Source of the DNA: Candidatus Gastranaerophilales bacterium
GTDB taxonomy: Bacteria > Cyanobacteriota > Vampirovibrionia > Gastranaerophilales > Gastranaerophilaceae
Reading direction: 5' to 3'
Length of the DNA: 64,000 nt
Assembly: GCA_944325025.1 (NCBI GenBank)
Contig: CALUYN010000005.1
Location: forward strand, 14,478 to 78,477
This document shows positions 16,446-25,234 of the stretch, in pieces; position 1 is the first letter of the stretch, and every line of letters starts with the position of its first letter. The notes under the pieces were generated by a model. That model had not been told where the DNA came from and did not search any database. It worked only from the letters and a program-made list of their open reading frames with translations. A program made the translations under genes and the position numbers.

Positions 16446-17794
16446 TATTTTGTATAAATATCTCTCAGTATGTATTCTTCAAGCGATTTTTTATCAGTTA
16501 TTTTTGTTTTCGGATCGTTTATCATTATGTCAAAAGCATACGTTTTTCCGCTTCTGGAAGTAATATAACCTGCAATGCAGCTGACATCTGATAAAGTTCC
16601 TGTTTTTGCATGTAAGTTATCTTTAAAATAAAGCATTCTGTTTGAGAGCGTTCCTTCTCCTGAAGTCGGAAGAGATTTTATGAAATCTGTATCATCCGCC
16701 CTTTTTACAAGAAATTCGCTCATAAAATCAGAGGTCACTATATTATTTTTAGAAACACCGCTTCCGTCAATTATTTTTATATCCGAATAGTCAAGTTTAA
16801 GTTTATCAAAATAAGCTCTGAGCATTTGGAGAGAATGTTCGAGTGAGCCTGTATTGTTTGTGAACTTTGCCCCTGCTGTTTTAAAAACGGTTTCTGCAAC
16901 GAAATTGCTGCTGTTTGTTAAAACCGGTTCAATTACATCTTCTATCGGGCGGTCAACCTGAGCGACAAGATATACATTTGATTTAGGCAGTTTTTTCTGT
17001 GTAAAATTCCCGTAATAATCCATTTTTTGATCCCGAATTGCTTCTTCAAGACGCAATATGAAATATCTTTTAGGATGATTTATCGGAATTTGTTTTTTGG
17101 TCTGTTCTTTAATTGTGCCTTCGGCATTAATTATGTCCGGTGAAATATGGTTATTTCTGGATATTTTTATATCGTTTTTGCTGCCTGTTGTAATAAGGTT
17201 CATAAATGTTACGGGGTAGAATTTTGTAACATAAATATTTGCAGGCGCATCTTTTGTTGTCGGTGAAATTATTATATCAAGCAGATTTTTGTCCAGATTA
17301 TATGAACTAAATTTCGGCATAAGCGGGTTTAAATCGTCATCCCATTGCCAGCCTTCTCCCCATTCTTTATTATCAAATATATAGTCATCAATATAGATGT
17401 TTTTAGGGGAGATTATATTTTTATCTTTGGCTGTTTTAATTAAATATTTTAAATCAGAGGATGATAAAAACGGATCCGCGCTAAGTACTAAAAACAATTC
17501 ATTATTTGTATTTTTATATAATTTGGTTGAATATTTGTAATCTTTTCCGAGTGTATCAAGCGATGCGCTCAGGGTTACTAACTTTAGAGTAGATGCAGGC
17601 ATGGATGATTTTTTGTCATTTAGTTTATAAACAGTTTTTCCGGTTGTAACATCTTTGACAGATACTGATACGGAATCTTTGTTTATTCCGGATGCTGATA
17701 TGGTTTTATCTATTGCTCCTGCAAATACTTTACTTTGAATGCAAAATAATAGTGTCAGGCAGAATAGTAAATTTAAATATTTTTTCATACGCAT
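16442..17794 (-). CDS. dacB: D-Ala-D-Ala carboxypeptidase/endopeptidase (PBP4, peptidase S13)
   Basis: Signal peptide; PASTLK (SxxK), SSN, DGSGVS, AKTGTL. Confidence 0.92.
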   Translation of the reverse strand: MRMKKYLNLLFCLTLLFCIQSKVFAGAIDKTISASGINKDSVSVSVKDVTTGKTVYKLNDKKSSMPASTLKLVTLSASLDTLGKDYKYSTKLYKNTNNELFLVLSADPFLSSSDLKYLIKTAKDKNIISPKNIYIDDYIFDNKEWGEGWQWDDDLNPLMPKFSSYNLDKNLLDIIISPTTKDAPANIYVTKFYPVTFMNLITTGSKNDIKISRNNHISPDIINAEGTIKEQTKKQIPINHPKRYFILRLEEAIRDQKMDYYGNFTQKKLPKSNVYLVAQVDRPIEDVIEPVLTNSSNFVAETVFKTAGAKFTNNTGSLEHSLQMLRAYFDKLKLDYSDIKIIDGSGVSKNNIVTSDFMSEFLVKRADDTDFIKSLPTSGEGTLSNRMLYFKDNLHAKTGTLSDVSCIAGYITSRSGKTYAFDIMINDPKTKITDKKSLEEYILRDIYTKY

Positions 17795-18600
17795 TTAACC
17801 TCGTAGTTTGGTTTTATATCATTTATACAGGTACACTTTTCTCTGAAATCGTACATTGGAGAAAAATCTAAAACGGCTTGCATTGCGCCTTCTTTTTGGT
17901 CTTTTATTTCAGACAATGTTTCTCCTTTGTAATCTATAATTCTTGAATGTCCTATATTCCATTCATTTTCTTCAATGTATCCCGATTGAGTTAATGCTAC
18001 CATAAAAGTTTGGTTTTCAACAGCTCTTGATCGTGTCATACATTCCCATGGTATCGGCTTTTTTAATCCCCATGCCGCGCAGTTTATAAAAAGGTCAGCA
18101 CCTGCTTTTCTGTACGCTCTGTAGATTTCCGGAAACCTAATATCGTAACAAATTGTAAGTCCTGTTTTAACTCCTTCAATATCAACCATAACAGCTTTGT
18201 CACCGGCCTGGACAAAGTCGCCTTCCCCGCATCCGTAATATGAGAAAAGATGGTTTTTTGAATATGTACAAATAAGTTCGCCTTTTCTGTTAATAACAGG
18301 ACAGGTGTTGAAATAGTGTCCGTTTTCATTTGTGATAAAGCTTCCGCCGACAACCCAGCAATTGTATTTTTTTGCAATGGATGAAAGAAAATTAATGGTT
18401 TTGCTTTCAGAAATTTTTTCAGCAGTTTGCCTGAAATTTTTAGGTGACCATCCGCATGTCCATACTTCAGGCAGTATTATTATATCAGTCTTTTTAATAT
18501 CCCTTTTTATTAATTCATCAACTTTTTTTATATTAGCTTCCGTATCAGCAATTTTTGAACACATTTGGATAGCTGATACATTTATTTCTTTTTGTCCCAT
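17785..18600 (-). CDS. Carbon-nitrogen hydrolase (nitrilase/omega-amidase-like)
   Basis: Catalytic triad contexts LPEVW, YSKNHLF, ICYDIRFPE. Confidence 0.9.
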   Translation of the reverse strand: MGQKEINVSAIQMCSKIADTEANIKKVDELIKRDIKKTDIIILPEVWTCGWSPKNFRQTAEKISESKTINFLSSIAKKYNCWVVGGSFITNENGHYFNTCPVINRKGELICTYSKNHLFSYYGCGEGDFVQAGDKAVMVDIEGVKTGLTICYDIRFPEIYRAYRKAGADLFINCAAWGLKKPIPWECMTRSRAVENQTFMVALTQSGYIEENEWNIGHSRIIDYKGETLSEIKDQKEGAMQAVLDFSPMYDFREKCTCINDIKPNYEVKCV

Positions 18601-19262
18601 AATTTTTGTTTTAAAGCCTCTTCATAATATTTTTTCTCATTTTTTTCTATTTCAAAGAGTTGTTCTTTTATATTTTCTTTGGCGGCATTGAGTTCATCAT
18701 CAGTTGCATTTTCGCTTACGTAAACAGGTTTTCCGTATATGTTTAAAATATTGCAATCTCCAAGCGGAGTTTTCATTTTGTCCCAGGATGGCAGTGTGAT
18801 AAAAGTTTTCTGCGGTGAATACCAGTGAACAGGAATTATTGGCGCCCCTGACATTTGAGCGAGTTTAACAGCACCGTTTTTGACTTTATGTAATGGTCCG
18901 TGGGGACCGTCCACCATTATTGAAACACATTCACCGCTTTTTAATTTAGTCAGCATTTGCATTGTTGATTCAACTGCACCTTTTTTGCCTGCGGAGCCTC
19001 TTACGACATTAAACCCCCATTTTTCGCAGACGCCTGCGACAATTTCACCGTCTATTGAGGTGCTTATTAAAACGCTTAGATGTTCTCTATCTCTTATTCC
19101 GTGAATTAAAAATTGATTTTTATGCCATAGCGCATATATACAAGGCGAAATCCCTGGATTGTTAAATTCTTTAATATGTGTGAATATTTCCTGAAATCTT
19201 AGAATTTTATAAGTAATATGCGCAAGAGTTTTGACATTTTTGCTATTAATTATTCTAACCAT
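18582..19262 (-). CDS. DUF374-type lysophospholipid acyltransferase family protein
   Basis: ALWH, ISTSIDGE, VVRGS, MVDGPHGP motifs. Confidence 0.8.
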   Translation of the reverse strand: MVRIINSKNVKTLAHITYKILRFQEIFTHIKEFNNPGISPCIYALWHKNQFLIHGIRDREHLSVLISTSIDGEIVAGVCEKWGFNVVRGSAGKKGAVESTMQMLTKLKSGECVSIMVDGPHGPLHKVKNGAVKLAQMSGAPIIPVHWYSPQKTFITLPSWDKMKTPLGDCNILNIYGKPVYVSENATDDELNAAKENIKEQLFEIEKNEKKYYEEALKQKLWDKKK

Positions 19263-19286
19263 GCCTCAATTATATCATAAATAGCC

Positions 19287-19314
19287 TTGATGTTTTTATA
19301 TATTTTGTTATAAT
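19287..19314 (+). promoter_or_regulatory. Putative sigma70 promoter of pilin-like locus A
   Basis: TTGATG-16 bp-TATAAT, 40 nt upstream of the ATG at 19354. Confidence 0.4.
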
Positions 19315-19353
19315 AAAGATTATTGATTTAATGCATAAAATAAAGGAGTAAGT

Positions 19354-20669
19354 ATGAATAATAATAAATTAACAAGATACGAGAGCTTCGGGGGGGGGGC
19401 ACTTTAGGCTCCGCCGTAGGCAAAGACGCAAAGAGGCATAGATGCAAAGCCAATTTAAAGATACTAGGGTACTATGTCACTAGGGCACTAAGACGTATCG
19501 TAACAGTTTTCCCTCTCTCGGGAGAGGGATTAAGGGAGAGGGTAAATTTAGAAGGCAGAAAGATAAGAAGATATGAGGGTAAGCTATTAACGGTAACTAA
19601 CCCCTTCCTTGCCTTATTAGGTAAGGATAAGAGGAAGTGTAACAACCAATACCCACCCCAACCCTATCTTACTCGCTTTGCGATAAACTTTCCTCTCACA
19701 AACGATACTCAATCGTTTGTTCGGCAGAGTGGCTCGGCCTTTCACCCTCTGCAAAGCGAGCGCTCTCAAATCAGGGAGGGTGCTACATGTCATTGCGAGG
19801 AGGGCTTAAGCCCGACGTCGCAATCGCAAGATAGTGAGATGCTGAAACAAGTTCAGCATGACGAGTTTAGTTTTCTGAAACGCACTTATCGTCTTAAAAA
19901 TAAACTCTCTTCACGTTTCACTCTTCACTCTTTACTTAAAAAGAAAGCTGCCTTCACCCTCGCCGAAGGTGCTACGCACGTAGCCCACTCTCACAATATC
20001 CGTCGAGTTGCATTTACCTTGGCGGAGGTTCTCATCACCCTCGGTATAATCGGTGTTGTTGCTGCCATGACAATTCCGACTCTAATAAACAAGTATCAGA
20101 TGAAAGTATTTGAAACAGCGTTTAAAAAACAGTATTCAGCTGTTCAGTCTGCAATAGATATGCAGTTTTTAAATAACGGGGTATCTGATTGTTATATGTA
20201 CTGGCAGAGAGATCTTAATGCTTACGGAGCCGAAACATCTCAATGTTATGAATTATATTCAGAAATTATTAAATATATGAATTTATTCAAAATAGATTAT
20301 TCTATTAGAGATAGTTACGCCAGAAAAGCTCAAGTACAGGCAAACGGCGGGAAATTTGTCAATAGCTCTGTAGCTTACGATTCTTATATAAACACAAGTT
20401 GGGCTTATGCTTCAAATAACGGAGCAGTTTTTTTAATCACTATGTTTTCTCCTGTTGTAATAATAGATGTAAACGGAGAAAAAGGTCCTAATAAATGGGG
20501 CTATGATGTATTCTTTCTTGTATTGTCCAATCATGACGGCAATTTGAACAGAATTCTCTTGACGGATGAATTAGCAACTATTGTAGAAAAAGGCGGTCGT
20601 TTACCGAGAAATATTTTGATAAACAAGGAAAAAACAGAGGACAGTGATTTTACAATATTCTGGAATTAG
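19354..20669 (+). CDS. Pilin-like protein (class III signal), frameshifted at a G10 tract; putative phase-variable gene A
   Basis: SD AAAGGAG + ATG 19354; G10 at 19390-19399; the current frame stops at 19405-19407. One more G gives a continuous 438-aa ORF that includes the track ORF 19839-20669 with AFTLAEVLITLGIIGVVAAMTIP. Confidence 0.8.
19390..19399 (+). repeat. G10 homopolymer tract
   Basis: Ten consecutive G inside the start of the reading frame. Confidence 0.9.
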
Positions 20670-20791
20670 TCTTTGAAAATAACTATTGATATGGCTTAAC
20701 TTTTATTATAAAACTTAAGCCCTTTACTTGCACAAATTCTTTTTTGAAGTATGATTTATATAGATGTACTAATTAAAATAAGGATAAAAAG

Positions 20792-22084
20792 ATGAAAGTA
20801 ACTTTAGAAAATGAAAAAGAAAATGTTGTAAAATTAAATATTACAATTCCTGCAAAGGATGCAGCTGATGCATATAACAATGCAGTCAGAAAAATCTCTC
20901 AGTATGTAAATATTGACGGTTTTAGAAAAGGCAAAGCTCCGCGTTCTGTTGTTGAAAGACATGTCGGAACTGAAAGAATTAAACAGGAAGCTATTGAAAA
21001 TCTTATGCCGAAAGCTATTAATCAGGCTGTTGTTGACAACAAGCTTGATTTAGTCGCTCAACCGTATATTACAGCTTATAACTTTAATATTGGCGAAGAT
21101 TTGACAGTTACTGCAAAAGCAGAATTAAGACCTGAAGTAACTCTCGGTCAATACAAAGGGTTAAAATTAGAGGTCAAAGATGCTTCTGTTGCTGAAGATG
21201 CTATGCAAAAATCAATTGATAACCTGCTAAATCAATATGCAACTCAAGAAACAGTTATTGACAGAGCTGCAAAAGATACTGATATTGCAGTAATTGATTT
21301 TGAAGGATTTTGCAACGGCGAAAAAATTCAAGGCGGCGATGCAAAAAATTATCCGCTTGACCTTGCTCATTCAAACTTTATCCCGGGATTTGCAGAACAA
21401 ATTGTCGGTAAAAACTTGAATGATGAATTTGAAATTAAGGTGACTTTCCCTGAAAATTATCACGATGAAAAATTAAAAGGACAGCCTGCAACTTTCAAAA
21501 TTAAAGTTAACGAAATTAAAGAAAGAAAAAAGCCTGAACTCAATGATGAGTTTGCTCAAAAAGTAGGCCCTTTCAAAACAGTTGATGATTTAAAAGCTGA
21601 TATTCAAAAATATCTTGACTCACAAAGAGAAAGAACAAATAAACAAAATTCTGAAAATGAAGTGTTTAAAACTGTTATTGATGCTTCAAACGTTGATATT
21701 CCAGAATCTATGATTGAAAGAGAAGTTGCTTCTTTGAAAGAGGAATATAAGCAAAGATTAGCTGCTCAGGGTATTACCTGGGAAACTCTTGTTAAATCAC
21801 AGGGTGAAGATGAATTAACAAAAAATCTTCATGAAGATGCAAAAACAAGAATTAAAAATTCTTTAGTAATAGATAAAATTGCAAAAGATGAAAATATTAA
21901 ACTTGAGCCAAAAGATATTGAAGCTAAATTTGCACAACTCGGTGCAGCTTACGGTATGAAACCGCAGGATTTAATTAAGCAGCTTGGCAAAAGCCCTGAG
22001 GTTTTGACTTCAATTTCTCAGCAGGCGTTGAATGACAAAGTAAGAGATTTCTTAGTTCAAAACAATACTGTTGAAATTAAGTAA
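20792..22084 (+). CDS. tig: Trigger factor
   Basis: GFRKGKAP ribosome-binding motif, FKBP domain (IDFEG, FIPGFAEQIVG); upstream of clpP-clpX. Confidence 0.96.
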   Translation: MKVTLENEKENVVKLNITIPAKDAADAYNNAVRKISQYVNIDGFRKGKAPRSVVERHVGTERIKQEAIENLMPKAINQAVVDNKLDLVAQPYITAYNFNIGEDLTVTAKAELRPEVTLGQYKGLKLEVKDASVAEDAMQKSIDNLLNQYATQETVIDRAAKDTDIAVIDFEGFCNGEKIQGGDAKNYPLDLAHSNFIPGFAEQIVGKNLNDEFEIKVTFPENYHDEKLKGQPATFKIKVNEIKERKKPELNDEFAQKVGPFKTVDDLKADIQKYLDSQRERTNKQNSENEVFKTVIDASNVDIPESMIEREVASLKEEYKQRLAAQGITWETLVKSQGEDELTKNLHEDAKTRIKNSLVIDKIAKDENIKLEPKDIEAKFAQLGAAYGMKPQDLIKQLGKSPEVLTSISQQALNDKVRDFLVQNNTVEIK

Positions 22085-22100
22085 GTTAAAAATCTAATAT

Positions 22101-22130
22101 ATGTGCCTGATTTATTTCGGGCACATCTTT
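22101..22130 (+). terminator. Terminator after tig
   Basis: ATGTGCCTGA...TCGGGCACAT-CTTT. Confidence 0.6.
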
Positions 22131-22182
22131 GCTATTTTATATTTATAGTTTATAATTTAATTGATAAAGAAAGGATAAAAAG

Positions 22183-22773
22183 ATGAGCTTTGTACCTGTA
22201 GTAATAGAACAATCAAGCAGAGGCGAACGTTCTTTCGACATCTTTTCAAGATTGTTGAGAGAAAGAATTATTTTCTTAGGAACTCCAATTGACGATATGG
22301 TTGCAAATTTGGTTGTAGCACAATTATTGTTGCTTGACAGTGAAAATCCTGAAAAAGACATTATGCTCTATATAAATAGCCCTGGCGGCAGCGTAACTGC
22401 AGGTTTTGCTATTTATGATACAATGCAGCATATTAGAGCAGATGTTTCTACAATTTGTCTTGGACAGGCTGCTTCCATGGGTGCATTTCTGTTATCTTCA
22501 GGCGCTAAAGGAAAACGTATGGCACTTCCTCATTCGAGAGTGTTAATCCATCAGCCTTTAGGTGGAGCTCAGGGACAGGCAACTGATATTGAAATTCAGG
22601 CTGCTGAAATTATAAGAATTAAAAAATCATTGAATGAAATTTTGGCTTCAAATACAGGCCAGTCAATTAAAAAGATAGAAAAAGATACAGACCGTGACTA
22701 TATCATGACACCGGCAGAAGCTTTAGAATACGGTATGATTGATAAAGTTATATCAAGAGATGCAATTAAGTAA
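22183..22773 (+). CDS. clpP: ATP-dependent Clp protease proteolytic subunit
   Basis: YINSPGG, GQAASMG (catalytic Ser), LIHQP, DTDRD. Confidence 0.97.
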   Translation: MSFVPVVIEQSSRGERSFDIFSRLLRERIIFLGTPIDDMVANLVVAQLLLLDSENPEKDIMLYINSPGGSVTAGFAIYDTMQHIRADVSTICLGQAASMGAFLLSSGAKGKRMALPHSRVLIHQPLGGAQGQATDIEIQAAEIIRIKKSLNEILASNTGQSIKKIEKDTDRDYIMTPAEALEYGMIDKVISRDAIK

Positions 22774-22825
22774 AAGAAAGGATTGGCAAGCGTTACAGTT
22801 GGTTTCGCAAGCTATGGTATAAAAG

Positions 22826-24124
22826 ATGGTAAAACATGATGACAGCAGATTAAAATGTTCATTTTGCGGTAAATCACAGGATCAGGTCAAAAAATTAATC
22901 GCAGGCCCTGAGGTTTATATTTGTGATGAATGTGTTGATTTGTGTAATCAAATTTTAGACGAAGAATTTTTTGAAAATAAAGACAAAGAAGGCTCTGACA
23001 GCGAAAATTCAGCAGAAGAAAAGCCTATCCCAAAACCGCATGAAATTAAGGCTTACCTTGATGAATATATAGTAGGTCAGGATGATGCTAAAAAAGTTTT
23101 GTCTGTAGCTGTTTATAACCACTACAAAAGGTTAAAACACAATAAAGACAATGACAAAGATGCTGTTGAAATTCAAAAATCGAATATCCTGCTTGTGGGC
23201 CCGACAGGTTCCGGTAAAACTTTACTTGCGCAAACGCTTGCAAAAATGCTTGATGTTCCGTTTGCAGTTGCTGATGCTACAACATTAACTGAAGCAGGAT
23301 ATGTAGGCGATGACGTTGAAAATATTCTTCTCCGTCTTTATCAGAATGCGGAATTTGATTCTGCAAAGGCTGAACGCGGGATTATTTATATAGATGAAAT
23401 TGATAAAATTTCAAGAAAATCCGAAAATACTTCAATTACGCGTGATGTTTCAGGTGAAGGTGTTCAGCAGGCTTTGTTAAAAATGATAGAAGGTACTGTT
23501 GCTCATGTTCCTCCTCAGGGAGGCAGAAAACATCCGCATCAGGAATTTATTGAAATTGATACGAAAAATATTCTCTTTATTGTCGGCGGTGCGTTTGTAG
23601 GTTTGGAAAAAATTGTTGAACGCAGAGCAGGCGAAGGAACCTCCGTTGGATTTGGCGCAAAAGCTCCTATGACTCAAATTGAAAAAGAGGCCGCTGCTGC
23701 AAGAATGCTTAAAAAATTACAGCCGGAAGACTTGCTCAAATTCGGTATGATTCCTGAATTTATCGGCCGTGTTCCTGTATATGCCGTACTTGATCAACTC
23801 AATGAAAAAACATTGAAGATGATTTTAACTGAGCCTAAAAATGCTGTATTAAAGCAGTATCAGGCTTTGTTAGAAATGGACGGTGTAGACCTTGAATTTG
23901 AACCTGAAGCAATTGATTTGATTGCACAGGAAGCTATAAAACGTAAAACCGGTGCGCGTGCGCTGCGTTCTATTGTTGAAGAAATCATGCTTGATGTAAT
24001 GTATGATGTTCCGACAAAAGGCGATGTTACAAAATTTGTTGTTACAGCCGATATGGTAAAAAACAGAAAAAACGCAGAGGTTGTACAGCTCCCAACTAAT
24101 TCCAACAAAGAGGCAAGTGCGTGA
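22826..24124 (+). CDS. clpX: Clp protease ATP-binding subunit
   Basis: C4 zinc finger CSFC...[31 protein letters not shown]. Confidence 0.97.
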   Translation: MVKHDDSRLKCSFCGKSQDQVKKLIAGPEVYICDECVDLCNQILDEEFFENKDKEGSDSENSAEEKPIPKPHEIKAYLDEYIVGQDDAKKVLSVAVYNHYKRLKHNKDNDKDAVEIQKSNILLVGPTGSGKTLLAQTLAKMLDVPFAVADATTLTEAGYVGDDVENILLRLYQNAEFDSAKAERGIIYIDEIDKISRKSENTSITRDVSGEGVQQALLKMIEGTVAHVPPQGGRKHPHQEFIEIDTKNILFIVGGAFVGLEKIVERRAGEGTSVGFGAKAPMTQIEKEAAAARMLKKLQPEDLLKFGMIPEFIGRVPVYAVLDQLNEKTLKMILTEPKNAVLKQYQALLEMDGVDLEFEPEAIDLIAQEAIKRKTGARALRSIVEEIMLDVMYDVPTKGDVTKFVVTADMVKNRKNAEVVQLPTNSNKEASA

Positions 24125-24618
24125 TATCTGAAAATTTCAACATGGAAAATTTCAAATTAGTTTTAATTATCCTTATTTTTTTAGTGATTTACATTGTTTT
24201 TCTTTCTTCTTTAGAAAAATTTGAGTGTTCAAAAATCACTAACAAGTGTGAAGTTACAAAACTATTCAATAATTCAAAAGTTATTTCATCATATGACATA
24301 TCCAAAATATTGTATAGTGAATGTACGGAACCTATAACAAATTATTCCCCGAGAGACTTAAATAGTGGTACTTCTTATTTGTTTTCAATTGCTGTAAAGA
24401 CAAAGGCTAATTCTTTATCAACAACTGATGAAGGCATATTTTATACCAAATCATGTGATAAAAAAAGTTCTGAATTTAATGAATATTTAAATTCTGATAA
24501 AGAAAAATTTTCTTTTAAAGAAATCTCAGGTTTAGGTTATTTTTTATTATTTGCTTTAATAATAGCTTTTATTGCATCCCTCTATGGTGCTGTTTTACAA
24601 TTAAAAGAATTAGAATAG
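24121..24618 (+). CDS. Hypothetical 2-TM protein, paralog 1
   Basis: TM segments at both ends; FECSK..NKC and [11 protein letters not shown] shared with the next gene. Confidence 0.75.
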   Translation: MISENFNMENFKLVLIILIFLVIYIVFLSSLEKFECSKITNKCEVTKLFNNSKVISSYDISKILYSECTEPITNYSPRDLNSGTSYLFSIAVKTKANSLSTTDEGIFYTKSCDKKSSEFNEYLNSDKEKFSFKEISGLGYFLLFALIIAFIASLYGAVLQLKELE

Positions 24619-24643
24619 TTTGTTCAAATAAGGAGGCAAGTGC

Positions 24644-25159
24644 ATGATGGAACAAAAAGCGCACAAAATGTCATTAATTGACAAAATTGGGACAATAATT
24701 GTAATACTTTTATTTATTTCTCTTGCTATTCTGCCTTTTGTGCTTATTTCCTTTCATTATAAGAAATTTGAATGTTCAAAAAGTTCAAATAAGTGCAGAG
24801 TTGTAAAATTATTTGATTCAAAAAAAACACTTGCAGTCTATGATTTGTCTAAAATAGCTCATGCATCTTGTTATATAAGAAGAAACGGCAGACAGGGCAG
24901 GTCTATCCCTCCAAACTATGTATTTTATATATCTTTTAAACCTTTAGCAGATCAACCTTTCTCTACTTATAATGTTGACATTTTGAGAAAATATCCTTGT
25001 AAAGGAGAAAGTGAAAGGTTTAATAAATATTTAAAATCTGATGCTGAAAAATTTGTAATTAAAGAATATTCATTGGGGGATATTAAATTTGTTATATCTG
25101 CTTTATTTTTTATTTGGCTTGCTGTTTATGTAATTAAGGATAATTTAAAATATTTTTAA
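24644..25159 (+). CDS. Hypothetical 2-TM protein, paralog 2
   Basis: SD AAGGAGG; same Cys pattern as 24121-24618. Confidence 0.75.
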   Translation: MMEQKAHKMSLIDKIGTIIVILLFISLAILPFVLISFHYKKFECSKSSNKCRVVKLFDSKKTLAVYDLSKIAHASCYIRRNGRQGRSIPPNYVFYISFKPLADQPFSTYNVDILRKYPCKGESERFNKYLKSDAEKFVIKEYSLGDIKFVISALFFIWLAVYVIKDNLKYF

Positions 25160-25234
25160 TAATAAAATTTGTTTGTGAAAATTGATAATCTTTACATATT
25201 TGAAATATAAATATATTTATGAAAAAATATATTT

